From positions 1 to 64,000 of the forward strand of contig OZ025652.1 in NCBI GenBank assembly GCA_964019335.1: DNA of 64,000 nt. The letters run 5' to 3'. Both the position numbers and the translations under genes were made by a program. The notes under the pieces were generated by a model. That model worked only from the letters and a program-made list of their open reading frames with translations, searched no databases and was not told the origin of the DNA. Source of the DNA: Diplonema japonicum. Its lineage: Eukaryota > Protista > Euglenozoa: Diplonemea. Positions 26,801 to 41,800 of this stretch are shown here, piece by piece. The first letter of the stretch is position 1, and the number at the start of each line of letters is the position of its first letter.

Positions 26801-29800
26801 CGGTGCTTGGGCACAGGCACCTCTCACCCATTGGCAACGAGTGTCCCTTGCGCACGACACCTCGTCCTTGAAGACTGCAGGGTCGCAACTCTTCTTCTGG
26901 CAGGCACCGCCACCCGCCACGTCCGAGCAAGGATCCCACTCGCAGAGAGCATCAGAATCGCAATCGTCCTTCACAGTGTGCTTGCATGGCTTCTCGACAC
27001 AAACCTGTGTCGCCCCGACCCACTCGCACACTGCGGGGTCCGCTTCGCACTCGGTTTCCGTTGACCAGTCGCAAGGACGCTCCACACACTCGGGCTTCTT
27101 CGCGTCCCAGTCGCAGCGAGGGTCTTTCTCGCATGTCACCTCGTCGCTGTAGGGGCAGATGGTCTCCACCCAGCACGATGCCTCAGTGGTGCCGTTTACA
27201 ATCTTCCACTGACAGTGGTTCACCGTGTCAGCCGTGCACTTTGGCTCGTCGCAGTGTGCCACGCACGGAGAGTCGACGCACGACAGTCCAACCGCGCTCC
27301 ACACACAACCCGGGTCTGTGGTGCACTCCGTCTGCAGCAGGTGCTGTGGACAAGGCTTGTGCATGCCCGCCTGGTCCTCACTTGATGCACCGGGCATAAG
27401 GAGTTGGCCCCATTTGCTGTTCGGGTCGCAGATTCCGTTCAGAACCTGGTCCGGCATCTCGTCGATCAGCACGTTCATGAAGTGGTCGTCCTGTGGGTTG
27501 GAGGTGATCGGTTTCAATGCAGCCTCGGCATCGATGTCAAGCTTCGTGTGCACTGCAGCCTTCCTCAGCACTACACCGAAGACTTTGACGCCCTCCGTGG
27601 TGAGGACGGCCTTTGCGGAGGACAAGGAGGCGGTGTCTTTGATGGCCCCGTCGGTCACAATGATGAGCACCTTCTGTCGTGTGGAGGGGGAGAACTGGAA
27701 CATTGTACCAGCCCAGTTCAAACCTGTCGCGATGAAGGTACTCCCCTGGATGTAGTTTGCCTCGTGCCAGTCGATGTCCTGCTGCAGCTCCGCGAGGTCG
27801 CCCGTGAGGGAGCCCTCGGAACCCACACCAATAGGCGTCTTCACAGCCTCAGGAATGGGGCCCGAGAACTGAATGATCCCCATCCTCATCCCGCCGTTCG
27901 GCGCAGTCGAGGCTTTTCCGACTGTGTGGTCCTCTCCCGTCAGGGGGAGCGTGTTCACCCAGTCGCGGATCATCTCCATCATGGCGTAGAAGCCTTGCGG
28001 GTGGCGCCCGAAAGCCTCGCTCATCGAGCCAGACCCGTCGAGCAGCAGGACGACATCAAGCACAGGGCACTGCCCGAACTTGCTCTCCACGCACTTCGGG
28101 ACAGTGGCACGCACATCCCAGTAGCACCTGTCCTCCGCGTGGCACTTGCAGCGGTCGTCGGAGAACTTTCCGCATTCCTTCTCCACGCACTTCGTCTTAG
28201 CCGTGTCCCACATGCACTCATCCTCCGCGTTGCATTCCACGGTTCCCTTGAAGGCCCTGCAAGGCTTCTCCTTGCACATGGCGGGAGAGCTGCTCACGTC
28301 AAATCGGCAGTCCGGGTTCTTCGAGCACTCCTTCTCGTTGGGGTATAAAACGCAAGGGGCGATCACGCACGGGTCCGTTGTCCCACCCACCCAGTCGCAG
28401 AATGGGTCTGCCTCGCATGTGGGCTCAGTCCCGTAGTCGCACTTCTCCGTCACACACACGCCACCCACGAGGCTGATCAAACCGCCACAAGCAGTCTTCG
28501 TTGCGGCGCTGTCGAGAGTGGTACCGTAGTTCCAGCTGAGGCTCCTCTTCCCGCCGTCCTTCGACGACGTTGTGAACGCAATGCTCGCGACGATCTCCGC
28601 GACCTTCGCACCGTCGCTTACCCCCGTCACAGTCAACGATCCCTCCGCTGCGTCCCAGTTCACAGCTGCGTTGTTCGCACATGCCCCACAGGTGAGGGAG
28701 TCCTTCCCATTCACGTAGCCATCGCCAATTCTGATGAATGCAGAAGTCTTTGACGCGCACGCGCAGCTCGCGTCGCACGCTGCCCCCGGGAACGGCTTTA
28801 TCGGCATCAGCACCTCGTACGACACTGCCCCGGTCCCTGCATTTGTCGACGCGCCCGAGTACACCAGCCACTCGCACCCGGTCTCCGCCTTGCACTCCGT
28901 CTCCTTCGTGTGCTGGCACGGGATCTTCTCGCATTTCGGTGTTGGAAGCAGCGACCACTTGCAACCGTCAATGTCCTGTTCACATGCCGCCTCGTTGTCG
29001 TGAACACAAGGCTTGACCGTGCACACTGCCGGCTTCGCGACTGCGGAGTCCGACGAAGGCGGCTGGCACACGCACTTCCAGTCCCCGAGGCTCGACGCGT
29101 TGGTGTTCGGGTCGAAGCACAGCTGAGCACAGTTCAGTACACCCTTACAGTCGGCCGTGCACTTCCAACCCTTCTCTTTGCACTCATCCACCCCGCACTC
29201 TGCGGGCTTCCCGGTTGCCGTGGACGTCGAGGGGGGCTGGCACTTGCAGACCCAGTCACTCTTGCTTGACTCCGCGGTGTTGGGGTCCTCACAAATCTGC
29301 CCGGCGTCTTTGCAGGTGTTATTCGAGCACGTGTCGCAGGTCTCCACACACTCGTTGAGTTCGCACGTCGCCTTTTGCGCGACTGCCGACCCCCGGGCAG
29401 GGGCCGTACACAGGCACTCCCAGTCGTCCAGCTTGCTTGTGTCCAGGTCCCTGCAGGTTTGGCCCTCGGCGGTGCACGTTGCCCCGTGCTCCACGCACTC
29501 GTCAACTGTGCACACAGCGGCCTGGGCCGTCGCCTTCCCAGTCGTCGGTGGCGGGCAGCTGCACACCCAATCATCGAGGCTGTCAGGTGCCGTGTTGGGG
29601 TCGAAGCACGTTTGCTCGCAGTTGGGGGTGTTGGGTGCCACGCAGTTGGCCGTGCAGTTGTTCTGAGGCTCGTCGCACTCATCGATCTCACACACCGCGG
29701 GCTTCGCCGTTGCAATGTGCGTCGACGGTGGCGGGCACTTGCAAACCCAGTCGCCGAGGCTTGTCGCCGTCTTGTCGGGGTCCTCGCAGGCCTGCTTTAC

Positions 29801-32800
29801 GCTGCTGCACGTGTCGTTCGCGCAAGTCGGGCAGTTCTGCACTTTGCACTCGTCGATGAGACACCTGGCCGGGCGCGCCGTTGCATTCCCGGTCGCGGGA
29901 GGGGTGCACTCACACGTCCAGTCATTCAGGGTCTGCTGCTTTGAGTCCTTGCATGTCTGGCCCTCCGTTTTGCATACAGAGTCCTTCTCCTCGCACTCGT
30001 CGTACTCGCAGTGCATCACGGGACCGCCCACCTGTTTACCGGTCGCTGGCGGCGGGCACTGGCACTCCCAGTCGTCCATGCTCGCTGTCGTCGGGTTCGG
30101 GTCGTAGCATACCTGCCCGCAGTCCAGCGTCCCGGGCTCACACATTTCCGTGCATTTCCCAGCCTTCGACGCCTCCTTGCACTCGTCGTGGTCACACTCC
30201 GCGACCTTCCCTGTCGCCGTGTGGTTCGACGGAGGTGGACACTTGCACACCCAGTCGTTCGTGCTCTGTGGGCTCGTGTTCATGTCATCGCAGGTCTGGC
30301 CAGCGGCGGTGCACGTATCGTTCGCACACGTCGAGCAGTTCTGCTTGCATTCATCGTACACGCACTCCGCCGGCTTCGCCGTTGCGTTCCCGGTGCTCGG
30401 GAGCCTGCACTGACATTCCCAGTCATCGGCCTTCCCGAGATCGGGGTCGTAGCAGTCTTGCTGCTTCGCGAGGCAAGTCGCCCCGTGAATCTCACACTCG
30501 TCAAAGTGACACATAGCTGTCTTCCCAGTCGCCTTGCCCGTCATAGGGGGCTCACACTCGCAGGTGAAGTCCGACGGGGTGTTGCAAACCGTGTTTGCGT
30601 CGTAGCAGCTCTGGTTCGCCCCGGCGCACACCGTGTCGCCCACACACTCATCGCAGATACAGATCGCAGGCTTCCCAGTGGCTGAGTTGTTCGCCGCAGG
30701 CGGCTTGCACGTGCAAATCCAGTCCCCGGTGCTTGTGGCGTCAGTGTTGGGGTCAGTGCAGGTCTGATTTGCGTCAGAGCAGGTTGTCCCCGCGCACGTG
30801 GGGCACGTATCCACACACTCGTCAAGCACGCACGGCTTCGCTGCCGCCGCCGTCGCCTTCCCGGTGCTGGGCGGCGGGCACAAGCACTCCCAGTCTCCAA
30901 GCTTCGTCAAGTCTGGGTCATTGCACCTCTGTCCTACAGCTGTGCAGGTTGCGTTGTGCTCCTTGCACTCGTCGACCTCACAGGTCGCGGGCGTTGCTGT
31001 CGCTTTCCCGCTGTACGGCGTATCGCACTCACACACGTAATCATCGTTGCTGTTGCAGTCTGTGTTGGGGTCGAAGCAGGCCTGTCCAGCCGGGGCACAC
31101 TTCTGTGCCCCCTTGCACTCATCGCACACACACGTTGCGGGCTTCGCTGTCGCGCTCCCCACCGCGGGAGGCTTGCAGGTGCACGTCCAGTCGTTTAAAG
31201 CGTGCACACCAGTGTTCCCATCCTCGCAGGTCTGCCCCGCATCTTCGCACGCCTTCTTCGCACACGTCGGGCAGGTCTGCACCACGCACTCGTCAAGCGA
31301 GCAGTTTGCCGGTGCACCCACCATGGGGGTCCCGGTCCAAGGCGTCGGGCACTCACACTCCCAGTCCCCGTACTTCGTGGTGTCGGGGTCTTTGCAGGTC
31401 TGCCCCTCTGCCTGGCACACGTTTGCTGGATTCGTGGCTGTCTGCGCACACGTCGGGCACACCACAACACACTCGTTCGTTTCGCACACCATTCCGGCGC
31501 TTGTCCCTGTTTGGGGTGTCCCGGTGGAAGGTGGGGCGCACTTGCACACCCAATCCCCCTTCGACATCGGGTCCGTGTTCGGGTCGTCGCAAACGTGCCC
31601 AGCGTCCGTGCACTTCTTCGCCTCTGGGTCTGTCTCGCACTCACCAGGGTACTCGCAGTCGGCAGGCTGCATTGTCGCAGACGCATTCTTCACCGCAGGA
31701 GGAACGATGCAGCGGCACTCCCAGTCGTTCTTGCTGCTCAGAGACGGGTTCGGGTCCACGCACTCCTGCCCAGCGTCCGCGCACTTCTTCTCGTTGTCCG
31801 GTGTTTTGCACTCGTCGACAACGCACGGCGTTGCCACCTTCCCTGTCGCGAACCCGACCGACGGCGGTGGGCACGTGCAGATCCAGTCGCCCGTGCTGCT
31901 TGCCGCAACGTTCGGGTCGTGGCAGGTCTGACCTTCCGACTTGCACGTCCCCTTCGAACAGGTCGGGCAGTCCGCTACACACTCGTCTATCACGCAAGTC
32001 GCAGCGTTCGCGATGGCCACCCCGGTGCTGGGTGGCGGGCACGTGCACGTCCAGTCGCTCGTCGAGGTCATAGAAATGTCCGGGTCGTTGCAGGTCTGGC
32101 TCTGGCTGCTGCACGTGTCGTTGGCGCACGTTGCGCACGTGCCAACGCATTCGTCGATGGTGCACTCCGCAGGCTGTGCCGTTGCCGTACCGTTCATCGG
32201 CGGCTTGCAGCGGCATTCCCAGTCACCTGCCTTGGACTGGTCAGGGTCGACACAGTCCTGGTTCATGTTCGTACAGGTGTCTCGGTGCAGGTCACACTCG
32301 TCGACATCGCACGAAGGGGTAACAGGGCCACCAACCTTAGGAGGCATCTGCGCAGGGGGCGGGCACGCACACGTCCAGTCGCTCAGCTTGCTGGTGTCCG
32401 GGTCGTTGCAGATCTGCGACGCGTTTGAGCACGCATTATCGGCGCACGTGGGGCACGTCTCTACGCACTCGTCGATGCGGCAAATAGCAGCGTTTCCGAT
32501 GGCCACCCCGGTGTAGGGAGGTGGGCACGTGCACGTCCAGTCCCCGGTTGAGTGCATCGACTTGTCTGGGTCCTCGCAAGTCTGGCTCTCGACCGAGCAC
32601 GTAGTGTTCGCGCAAGTTGCACAGGAGGCCACGCACTCGTCGATCATGCACTCCGCGGGCTTCGCCACCCCGCTCCCATTCAAGGGCGGCTTGCACCTGC
32701 ACTCCCAGTCACCCGCGACCAACGGGTTCGGGTCCACACAGACCTGGTCCACGTTTTCGCACACATCCCTCAGCTTGTCGCACTCATCTTCTTCGCACCC

Positions 32801-35800
32801 AGAGGCAGGCTTCCCCTGCGCGGGCGGCTGCTGCGAAGGCGGCGGGCAACTGCACAGCCAGTCGTTCGTCTGCGTGGTGTCGGGGTCGAAACAGGTCTGG
32901 TTCTGGTCGCTGCACGTCGTCCCAGCACATGTCATTCCTGTGCAGTTTGCGGCGCACTCGTCAAGCGAGCATTTTGCAGCGTTCGCAATGGCAACCCCGG
33001 TGTAGGGAGGCGGGCACGTACACGTCCAGTCCCCGATCGAGGTGCTTGAGATGTCCGGGTCCTCGCAAGTCTGGCTCTCGTCCGAGCACGTCGTGTTCGC
33101 GCACGTTGCACAGGATGCCACGCACTCGTCAATGGTGCACTCCGCGGGTTTCGCTGTCGCGCTTCCGTTCATCGGAGGCACACATTTGCACTTCCAGTCA
33201 TCTGCAACCAGCTGGTTAGGGTCTTCGCAGACCTGCATCTTGTTCTCGCACACCGCCTTGTGCAAGTCACACTCGTCCACCTCGCAATTCATCACCGGCT
33301 TCAAAGGCGAGGGAGGCTGCTTTGAGGGCGGCGGGCAGTTGCACGTCCAGTCGCTCAGCGTCGTGAAGTCAGGATCGTGGCAGGTCTGGTTGTGGTCGCT
33401 GCAGGTCGTGTTTGCGCACGTGGGGCCCGTACACAAGGGAGAACACTCATCCAGCTTGCAGATTGCCGCTGCCGCCGTTGCCGATCCCGTGAAAGGGTTC
33501 TGACACGTGCAGGTCCAGTCGCCTGTGGAGTGCGCGGCCTTGTTAGGGTCCTCACAAAGCTGGTTCTCGTCTGAGCACGTTGTGTTCGCACAGCTGGGGC
33601 ATGTCTTCACGCACTCATCGAGTTCGCACCATGCCACCTGTGCGGTCGCGCTCCCGTTCGACGGAGGCACGCATTTGCACATCCAGTCTCCCGTAACCGC
33701 CAGGTCCGGGTCCTCGCAGGTCTGGCCGGCGTTGAGACAGGTGTCCTTATGCAGATCGCATTCGTTAAAATCGCAGTTGAGAACGGCAGCAGCCACCAAA
33801 CTCTGGTTCGAGGGCGGTGGGCAAGTGCAGGTCCAGTCACTCAGCGTCGTGGTGTCCGGGTCGTGGCAGGTCTGGTTCTTGTCGCTGCAGGTCGTCTTTG
33901 CACAGGTACTGCAAGTCTGGTCCACACATTCGTCGATCTGGCAGATCGCGGAGTTCGCCACTGCCACACCCGTGAAGGGGAGCTTGCAGGTGCAGGTCCA
34001 GTCGCTCAAACTCGTCACCGTAGGGTTCGGGTCGAAGCACTCCTGGTTCTTGTCGCTGCAGGTGGTCTTCGCGCACGTCGGGCAATCCACCGCGCATTCG
34101 TCGAGCACGCATACCGCTGCCGCCTGCCCCGGCTGCGTCGTGGGGTCCCTCGTTGCCGGCGGAACGCAGTCGCAATAGAAATCGTCTGAGCAAGGTGTCG
34201 GGTTCGGGTCCATGCAGAGCTGGTTCACCGCTCCGCAGGTAAGGTTCCCCTTCTGGCCGTCCCCGCATTCGTCGTGCTGGCACACACTGTTTACCGAGTC
34301 CCACTGGCACATCGCGTCGGCCTTGCACGCGTTCTCATTGTACACGGGATCGCTGGTGGTGTACGCACAGTCGCAGTTAGGGTCCGGGGCGTTAGTGCAG
34401 ATGCTGCCGTTCACCCAGGTGCAGTTGTTGCTGGGGTCCGTTCGGCATGCAGAGTCGTTGCAGTGGAGCAAACATGGCGAGTTCAGGCATACCGCACCCA
34501 CATCGGACCAGATGCAGCCAGGATCCTTCTTGCAAGTTCCCTGGGTCTTGTAGTCTGGGCATGGGAGGTGAACACCGGAAGAGGGCTGCGGGGGGTTCTG
34601 AACGATCAGGTGTCCCCAGGGACCGTTGGGATCACAGATGCTGTTCATGAGCCCGGGGACTTCGTCGATCATTACGTTTTTGAAGTGGTCATCGTGCGGG
34701 TCGGAGGTGATCGGCTTTAGGGTCTTCTCTGCGTCCAGGTCCGCTTTCGTGTGGATCGTGGCCTTCCTCACCACGATACCAAATACTTGCACGCCCTCCC
34801 TGTCGAGCTCCGCCCTCGAAGTGGCGAGGGAGTTCGGGTCGAATATCTCCCCATCCGTGAAGATGAACAGCACCCTCTGTCTCCCGTCCACGGGCGATGC
34901 ATGGAACATGTCTGCCGCCATCGTCAGACCCTGCTCAATCATGGTGCCGGAGCCCATGTAGTTGTCCTCATGCCAGTCCACGTCGTCCTCGAGCTCCTGC
35001 AGTGCGCCGGAGAGCCTGCCACCGGTACCCACACCACCGGGCGTGGTCCTCGCCTCGCTCTGCCAGTAGTTCCAACCGGAGAACTGCACGACTCCGACAC
35101 GCACCCCGCCGTTGTCCTTTGCAGAATTTATCCCCACAGTCGCATCCTCTCCGTTCAAGGGCAGGGTTTCGATCCAGTCCCTCATCATTTCCATGAGGGC
35201 GTCGAAGCCGTGTGGGTGGTTCCCGAACTTTGCGGACATCGAACCCGACCCGTCGAGCACTAGCACGATGTCGAGGGTAGGGCACTCGCCGAACTCGATT
35301 GCAACACAGGCCCCGGTATGCTTCAGCCCAGCCCCGGGCTTCCAGTAGCACTTTTCATGCTGGTTGCATGGGCACATCGTAGGGAACTTGCTGCAGTCCA
35401 AGTCCACACAGGTCTTCGACGTTGTGTTGTACATGCAGTCACTCTGCTCGTCACACTTCTGCTGCGTTTGGATCGCCGGGCATTTCTTCTGCGAGCAGAC
35501 CGCGGGGTTCGTGGTGATGTCCCACTTGCACATGGCGTCCTTGTCGCAGCACCTTTCATCACGGAACTGGGCACACACGCGGTCCTTGCACTTCGAGTTG
35601 GGTGCGTCCCACACGCAGTGAGCGTCGGCATCGCAATCGCCTTTGGCAGTAAAGTAGTCGCAGCCCTTGCTCATGCACTGCAGCTTCGTTGTGTTTCCGC
35701 ATAGCGCGTGATCCCATTTGCACGCAGGGTCCGCCACGCACACCGACTGAAAGGTCGAGGAGCAGGGTTCCACGACGCACACATCCTTTCCGTTTTGATT

Positions 35801-38800
35801 CACCCACGCACAGCCGTCCTTGTCGGCGTCACAATCGGCTTGGTTCTTGTTCGGGGTGCACGGGGGCAGGATGCACTTTCCGTTGTCCCACACGCACTGG
35901 TCAGGGGAGTTTACGCACTGGGTCTGGTCAGTGTACGCGCACTTCGTTTCCTTCCAGCACTCCGTTCCGTTCCACTTGCACAGGTTTGCCGTGTCCTTGA
36001 TGCACGACTGCTCGTCACAGTGCGCCATGCACGGGGAGTCCTGGCACGCAGCACCTGCGGCGTGCCACTCGCACCCGGGGTCTGCGTTGCAGAGGTGCGA
36101 GTCCGTGTGGTGCGGGCACGGGGCGTGTACACCCGCCTGTGGCGGGGTCTTCACGATCAGGTGCCCGAACTTTCCGTTCGGGTCGCAGATGTCCCCCAGT
36201 ACCTTGGTCGAGATCTCGTCCAGCATGAGGTTCTGGAAGTGGTCGTCGTGAACATCGGAAGTAATTGGCTTTAGGGTTGCCTCGGCATCCCAGTCAGCCT
36301 TCGTGTGCGCCTGCTGCTTTCGGATCACGATACCGAAGGTCTGCACGTCCTCCTGGTCCAGCACCGATCTTGCGGGTCCGAGGGAGTTCGGGTCATAGAT
36401 TTGTCCGTCAGTAAAGATGATGAGGATCCTGGGACGAACAGCATGCTGATGCGACGCATCGAACATGTCCCCTACCATCGTCAGCCCCTTCTCGATCATG
36501 GTACCGTCACCCATGTAGTTCGCCTCGTGCCAGTCAAGGTCGCGGCTGATCTCCCCAATGTCGCCAGACAGGTGGCCCCCGGTGCCGGTACCGGCAGGAG
36601 TCTGGATCGCCTCTGACCTGCCCGGGATAAACCACCAGGGGTTCCTCCCAGAGAACTGCACGAAACCGAGTCTGAGCCCACCGGAGGTGGGGCCTGCACC
36701 AGTGTTTGTTGACGCCTTCTCTCCAGTGAGGGGGAGGGTCTTTGCCCAGTCCCTCAGGATCTCAACCAGTCCGTAGAAGCCGTGCGGGTGGTTCCCGAAC
36801 CAGGCATCCATCGAGCCAGACCCATCCAGCAGCATGATCACGTCCATCGTGGGGCACTCACCAAACTTAGAGTCAGTACACTTGTGGTGCGCGTCGTCGT
36901 AGTAGCAGTCGGGGTGTGCCCTGCACGGGCACTTGTCCAGTTTGCTGCAGTCCTCTTCCACGCACTCCAGCTTCCCGGAGTCCCACAAGCATTTGCTGTC
37001 CGCATCGCACTGGTCCTTCGCCGCAGCTGTCGGGTACGTCTTAGGGCAGTACTTCTCACCGCATACAACGGGGCTCGCGGTGAGGTCCCAGTGGCACGCA
37101 TCATCGTGGTCGCAGCACTTCTCAGTGGGGTACTTTGCGCATTTCCCAAGCTCGCATTTAAGCTGGTTCGTCCACACGCACCAGGTGTCCTTCACACACC
37201 CTGCCTGTGTCGCGTGATCAGGCTGCGAACACCTTTTCGGCACACACTTCTGGTCAACAGGGTCAGCGCACACCTCGTCCCACTCGCAATCCGCATCCGG
37301 AACGCAGTCTGTTTTGTTCGCGTGGAAACACGGCGTTTCCACGCACTTCGCGTTCGGTTGCACAGCTGTGTCCCACGTGCATTGCTTCCCAAGGTTCTGA
37401 CACGCCCCCCGATCAGTCGCCTGACATGGGCCTTTAACGCATCTGGGGTTTTTCGTCGCGTCCCACGAGCAGCCCGTGTCGGTGCAGTCCTTCTGGTTGA
37501 GGTGGTCCTTGCATTCGGTCTTCTCGCACTGGAGAGTGCCGTTGTTGAACTTGCACTTGTTGGTGGTGTCAGCCACACAGTCTGTCTCCCCGCAGTGACG
37601 GAAGCAAGGGTGGTCCTCGCAGGCAATGGTGATTGTGTTCCACTGGCAGGTCGAGCGGGCGTTGCAGTCTGGGATGCTTTGGATCGTGTCGCACGCGGGT
37701 TCTGTGTTGGGCTTCGTAGTCGAGCCGCTGGTGATGAGGGCACCGAACACACTGTTCGGGTCACAGAAATCGTCGAGCACCTTGTGCGCCTCGTCGATCT
37801 GCATCATCAGGGCGTGGCTGTCCTTCGGATCGGTCACGATCTCCTTCAAGGCGTTCAAGTTCAGCTGATCCAGGAAGTTGGGAGTTCCCCTTGTCAGCAC
37901 GATACCAAAGGTCTGGACCCCCTCAGCCTTCAGCACTGCTCCAGCCGGGCCTAAGGAACCCCTGTCCTGGATCATGCCGTCCGTGAAAATGAGGAGGATC
38001 TTCTTCCTGTAGGCGGGGGAAGACTTGAAAGTCTCCCCCGCGAATTCCTCCGCCTCCTTCACCAGGGTCTGCGGCCTCCGGTTCACACTCTCGTGCCAGT
38101 CCAGGTCTGCCAAAAGCTGGGCCTTGTCACCGGTGAGCTTTCCACAGTCATCAGCCGGGTCGCGTCCCGGTTGTGTGTTCATGTTGCTGCTAGAGGGAAT
38201 ACCGTCCCCTTTGCCCATGACGGGGGGGCTGCACGCGCACGACTGGCATTCCGCGAGCCTCACACCCTGGTCCCACTCGCTGAATCCAACGCGCACCCTG
38301 CCGTTAGTGTCGGTCGAGGTCACGCCGGCCGCCTCGCCGGTCAAGGGGAGCGCCTGCACCCAGTCCCTGAGGGCCTCCATCAGCCCCTCGAAGCCGTTGG
38401 GGTGGGTCCCGAACCTGTTATTCATCGAGGTGGATCCGTCGAAAGCCACCACCACGTCCAGGTCAGGGCACTGCGTGAAGTGTTGATCTCTGCACACGGG
38501 TTTCGTCGGAACGGAGCGGTCCACCACACACCTCGCGTCAGCCTGGCAGTCACACATCCTGTCTGTCCCCATCGCAAGGTCGTTGTATGAGTCACACGTC
38601 TTATCCACGCACTTGTCGCCCGTGGAATCCCACATGCACGTCCCCTTGGGGTCAGCGTTGCAGCTCGTCGCATCGGTGAAGGTTTTGAAGCAGTACTTCT
38701 CCTTGCAACCCGCGCACCCAGTAGGGTCCCAGTGGCAGTCGGTGTCGTGGTTGCATGTTGCTTCCGCTGCGTGCTTGTAGCACTTCGACTCGGCGCACGA

Positions 38801-41800
38801 TGAGGTCGCTGCTGTCCACTTGCACGCCGAGTCCGCAATGCACACGGACTCTGTGTTTACACCGATGCAGTGCTGCTTGTGGCACTTCGAGCTCGCTGCG
38901 TCCCATTCGCACCCGTCACCGCTGTTCGTGCAGGCGTTACTTTCGGTTTGGTCGCACACCTTCTTCATGCAAGTGTTGGTCTCGCACTTCCAGTCGCACT
39001 TCCCGCTCACGTGGTTCAAACAGTTCAGCTTCCCCACCACCGTCGTGCAGTCAGGGTCCTTCTCCTCGCAGGTCTGTTTCGTGGGGTCCCATTGGCAGTC
39101 CTTGTCGGCGGTGCACGTACCATCCGTGAAGTGCAGACACTTCTTTGGCACGCACGTCGCCGGCGTCGCCGTCGTGTCCCACATGCACATGTCGTCTGGG
39201 TCGTTCTCGCACGCGTTCTTGTCCGGGTACTCGCACACCTTCCTCTGGCACTTGTCCACGTCCCAGAAGCAGTGGTTCGCAGTGTCCTGTTCGCACGGTA
39301 CCTCAGCGCAATGCTCCTCACACACCGTCGACCCGCAGTAGCCGCTCCCCACAGGGTTGGCCGACCCCGCTGTACACGAGATCACGCTGCCGGACAGCTT
39401 GCAGTTCGTGCAGGTCATACCTGCGGACACTTGTGCCGCTGGGAGCTCCTGGCAGTTCAGGTTCGTGCAGCCGTTACCCGGGCACGTAGTGGGGGCTGGG
39501 GTCTTCCAGTTGCATGCCTGGTCCGACCTGCATTCCAGCTTCACCCCCCACTTTGCGCAAGGAACGGCGGCAGACTGTGCGGGAGGCGTCGTCGTCCCAC
39601 CACCGCCCGCGTTCTGGTTCTGCGCTTGCTGCCTGATAGCGGCACCGAACCTCCCTGCCGGATCGCAGAAGTCGTTGAACACCTCACTCAACATGTCATC
39701 CAGTGGCACGTTCACGAAGTGGTCGTCGTGGTCGTCGGAGGTCACCGGCTTCAAGGTGTCCTCGGCGTCGATGTCAGCCTTCGTGTGGGCAACACCCTTC
39801 CTCACAACCACCCCGAAGGTGACGACCCCCTCGGCGTCAAGCTTCTTTCTGATTTCGGGGATCTCCTTGCTTTTCTGCGGCTCCAAGGGGTTCATCTGCC
39901 CGTCAGTGATAATGACAAGGACGTGCGCGCGGTGCGCCGGCGATCCATGGAAGATGTCCACCGCATCATCAAGGGCCGCTGCCATGTAGGTGAGAGACCC
40001 CATGTAATTGGCTTCGTGCCAGTCAATGTCGTTCTCCAGCTCGTTCAGATCACCCGTAAGCTGCCCATTCGAACAGGTTTTCCCCGAGGAGAGCCTGGGC
40101 ATGGTGCAGCCCCAGTGCTTCGTGTCGCAGCCGTTCGCGCCATTCCTGCACACCCAGTACTCGTTCTCGATGGAGAACTGCACGAAGGCGATACGGAAGG
40201 TCCCCCCCTTCACGTCCGACTTTATCCCAATCGTATTGTCCTCGCCAGTCAAGGGGAGGGTCCTGACCCAGTCCCTCAGCATCTCGAGCATACCGTAGTA
40301 GCCGTGCGGGTGGGTCCCGAACCTCGCACCCATGGAACCGGAACCGTCGAGCACGAACACAACGTCCAGGTCCGGGCAAGCAGACACGTGGTTGTCCTTG
40401 CACTTCGGGGCCGGGGGCGTCACCGCGGGATCCCAGTAGCAATTCTTGTCTGCAATGCAATCGCAGTTCTTCGCGTGGTCAGAGCAGGTCGCGGGGGAGC
40501 AATACGGCCCCTTCGAATCCGTACCCGGCTTGCAGGTCGGGTCCGACTCGCATGCTGCCTGGTTGATGGTCCCCATCACCGTAGGAGAGGTCCCGAGGCC
40601 CGGGTACTTCGTGTTGTGGTCCTTGGTGCACTGCGTGGGCTGGCAAGACGGCGGCGTTGTCCCTGTGTTCCAGTGGCATCGGGGATCGTGGTCGCACTTC
40701 ACCTCGTCGTCCTTGTACTGAGGGCAGTAGTCGGTCACGCACTGGTTGGTGCTATCCCAGTGGCAAACAGCGCTGGTCCCGCAGTCCGCCTGATTCAGGG
40801 GCTTGCATTTGTCTTCAGAGCAGGTTGAGGTGGCCGGGTCCCACACACAGCTGTCGCAGTTTTTACAGTCGGCCTGCGTCTTCGCGAGCACGCACTTCTT
40901 TTCCTTGCACATGGTGCCCAGCCACTCGCAGTCCGTGTTGACGGAGCACGTCCCGGAGTCCGGGTATGAGCACCTGGTGTCCCGGCAGACAGTGCTGTCA
41001 CAGTCCCACTCGCAGTTTGGGTCCGCCTTGCACACCGCAGGATCGGTCGTTGTCGAGCACGTCGGGATCTGCTTGCACACGGGGGGGTCCAGAGACGTGT
41101 CCCACTGGCAGTTTGCGGTGCTGTTCTGGCACTTCTCCTTTACGAAGAGCGAACCACAAGGCTTGGGGTCGCACGTGCTACCGTCCCACTTGCACAGCAG
41201 GTCAGGGTCATTCTCGCATGCGTTCTGGTCGGTGTAGTCGCACACCTTCCTCTCGCAAGTGTCGCCGGGGGTCTTCCAGCCGCACGCAGCGTCAGCATCA
41301 CAGCAGGCTTTGCCGCAGCACTTTGAACAGTGGGTCTCCTCGCACGTACCGTCGATTGACGACTGCACGGAAGCACCACAGATGACGGTTGCCCTCTGGA
41401 GCTTGCACTTGCTGCAGTCATACATCCCCTTGTACTGCTGCGGTACACCTTGGCAGTTCAGTTGCGGGCAACCGGTTGCGGAAGAGCAGGTCGCGATCTT
41501 CGGCGTTTTCCATTCGCACAGAGAGTCGGCATTGCACTCGTCCTTGAAACCCCAGGTCGCGCACTGGTAGTGCTTCGCGTCAACGGGGGGGATGAGGGTC
41601 TTCCCGAACTTCGAGTTCGGGTCGCAGAAGGGATCCAGCACCTGCCCCGGGATCTCGTCCAGCATGAGGTTCATGAAGTGGTCGTCCTTGGGATCCGTCA
41701 CCAGCGGCTTTAGCTTCGCCTCCGCGTTGTCGTCCTGGAAGGTGTGGTGGGAAAACCTCCTCATCACGATCCCGAATACAACCACGTTTTCGTCGCGGAG

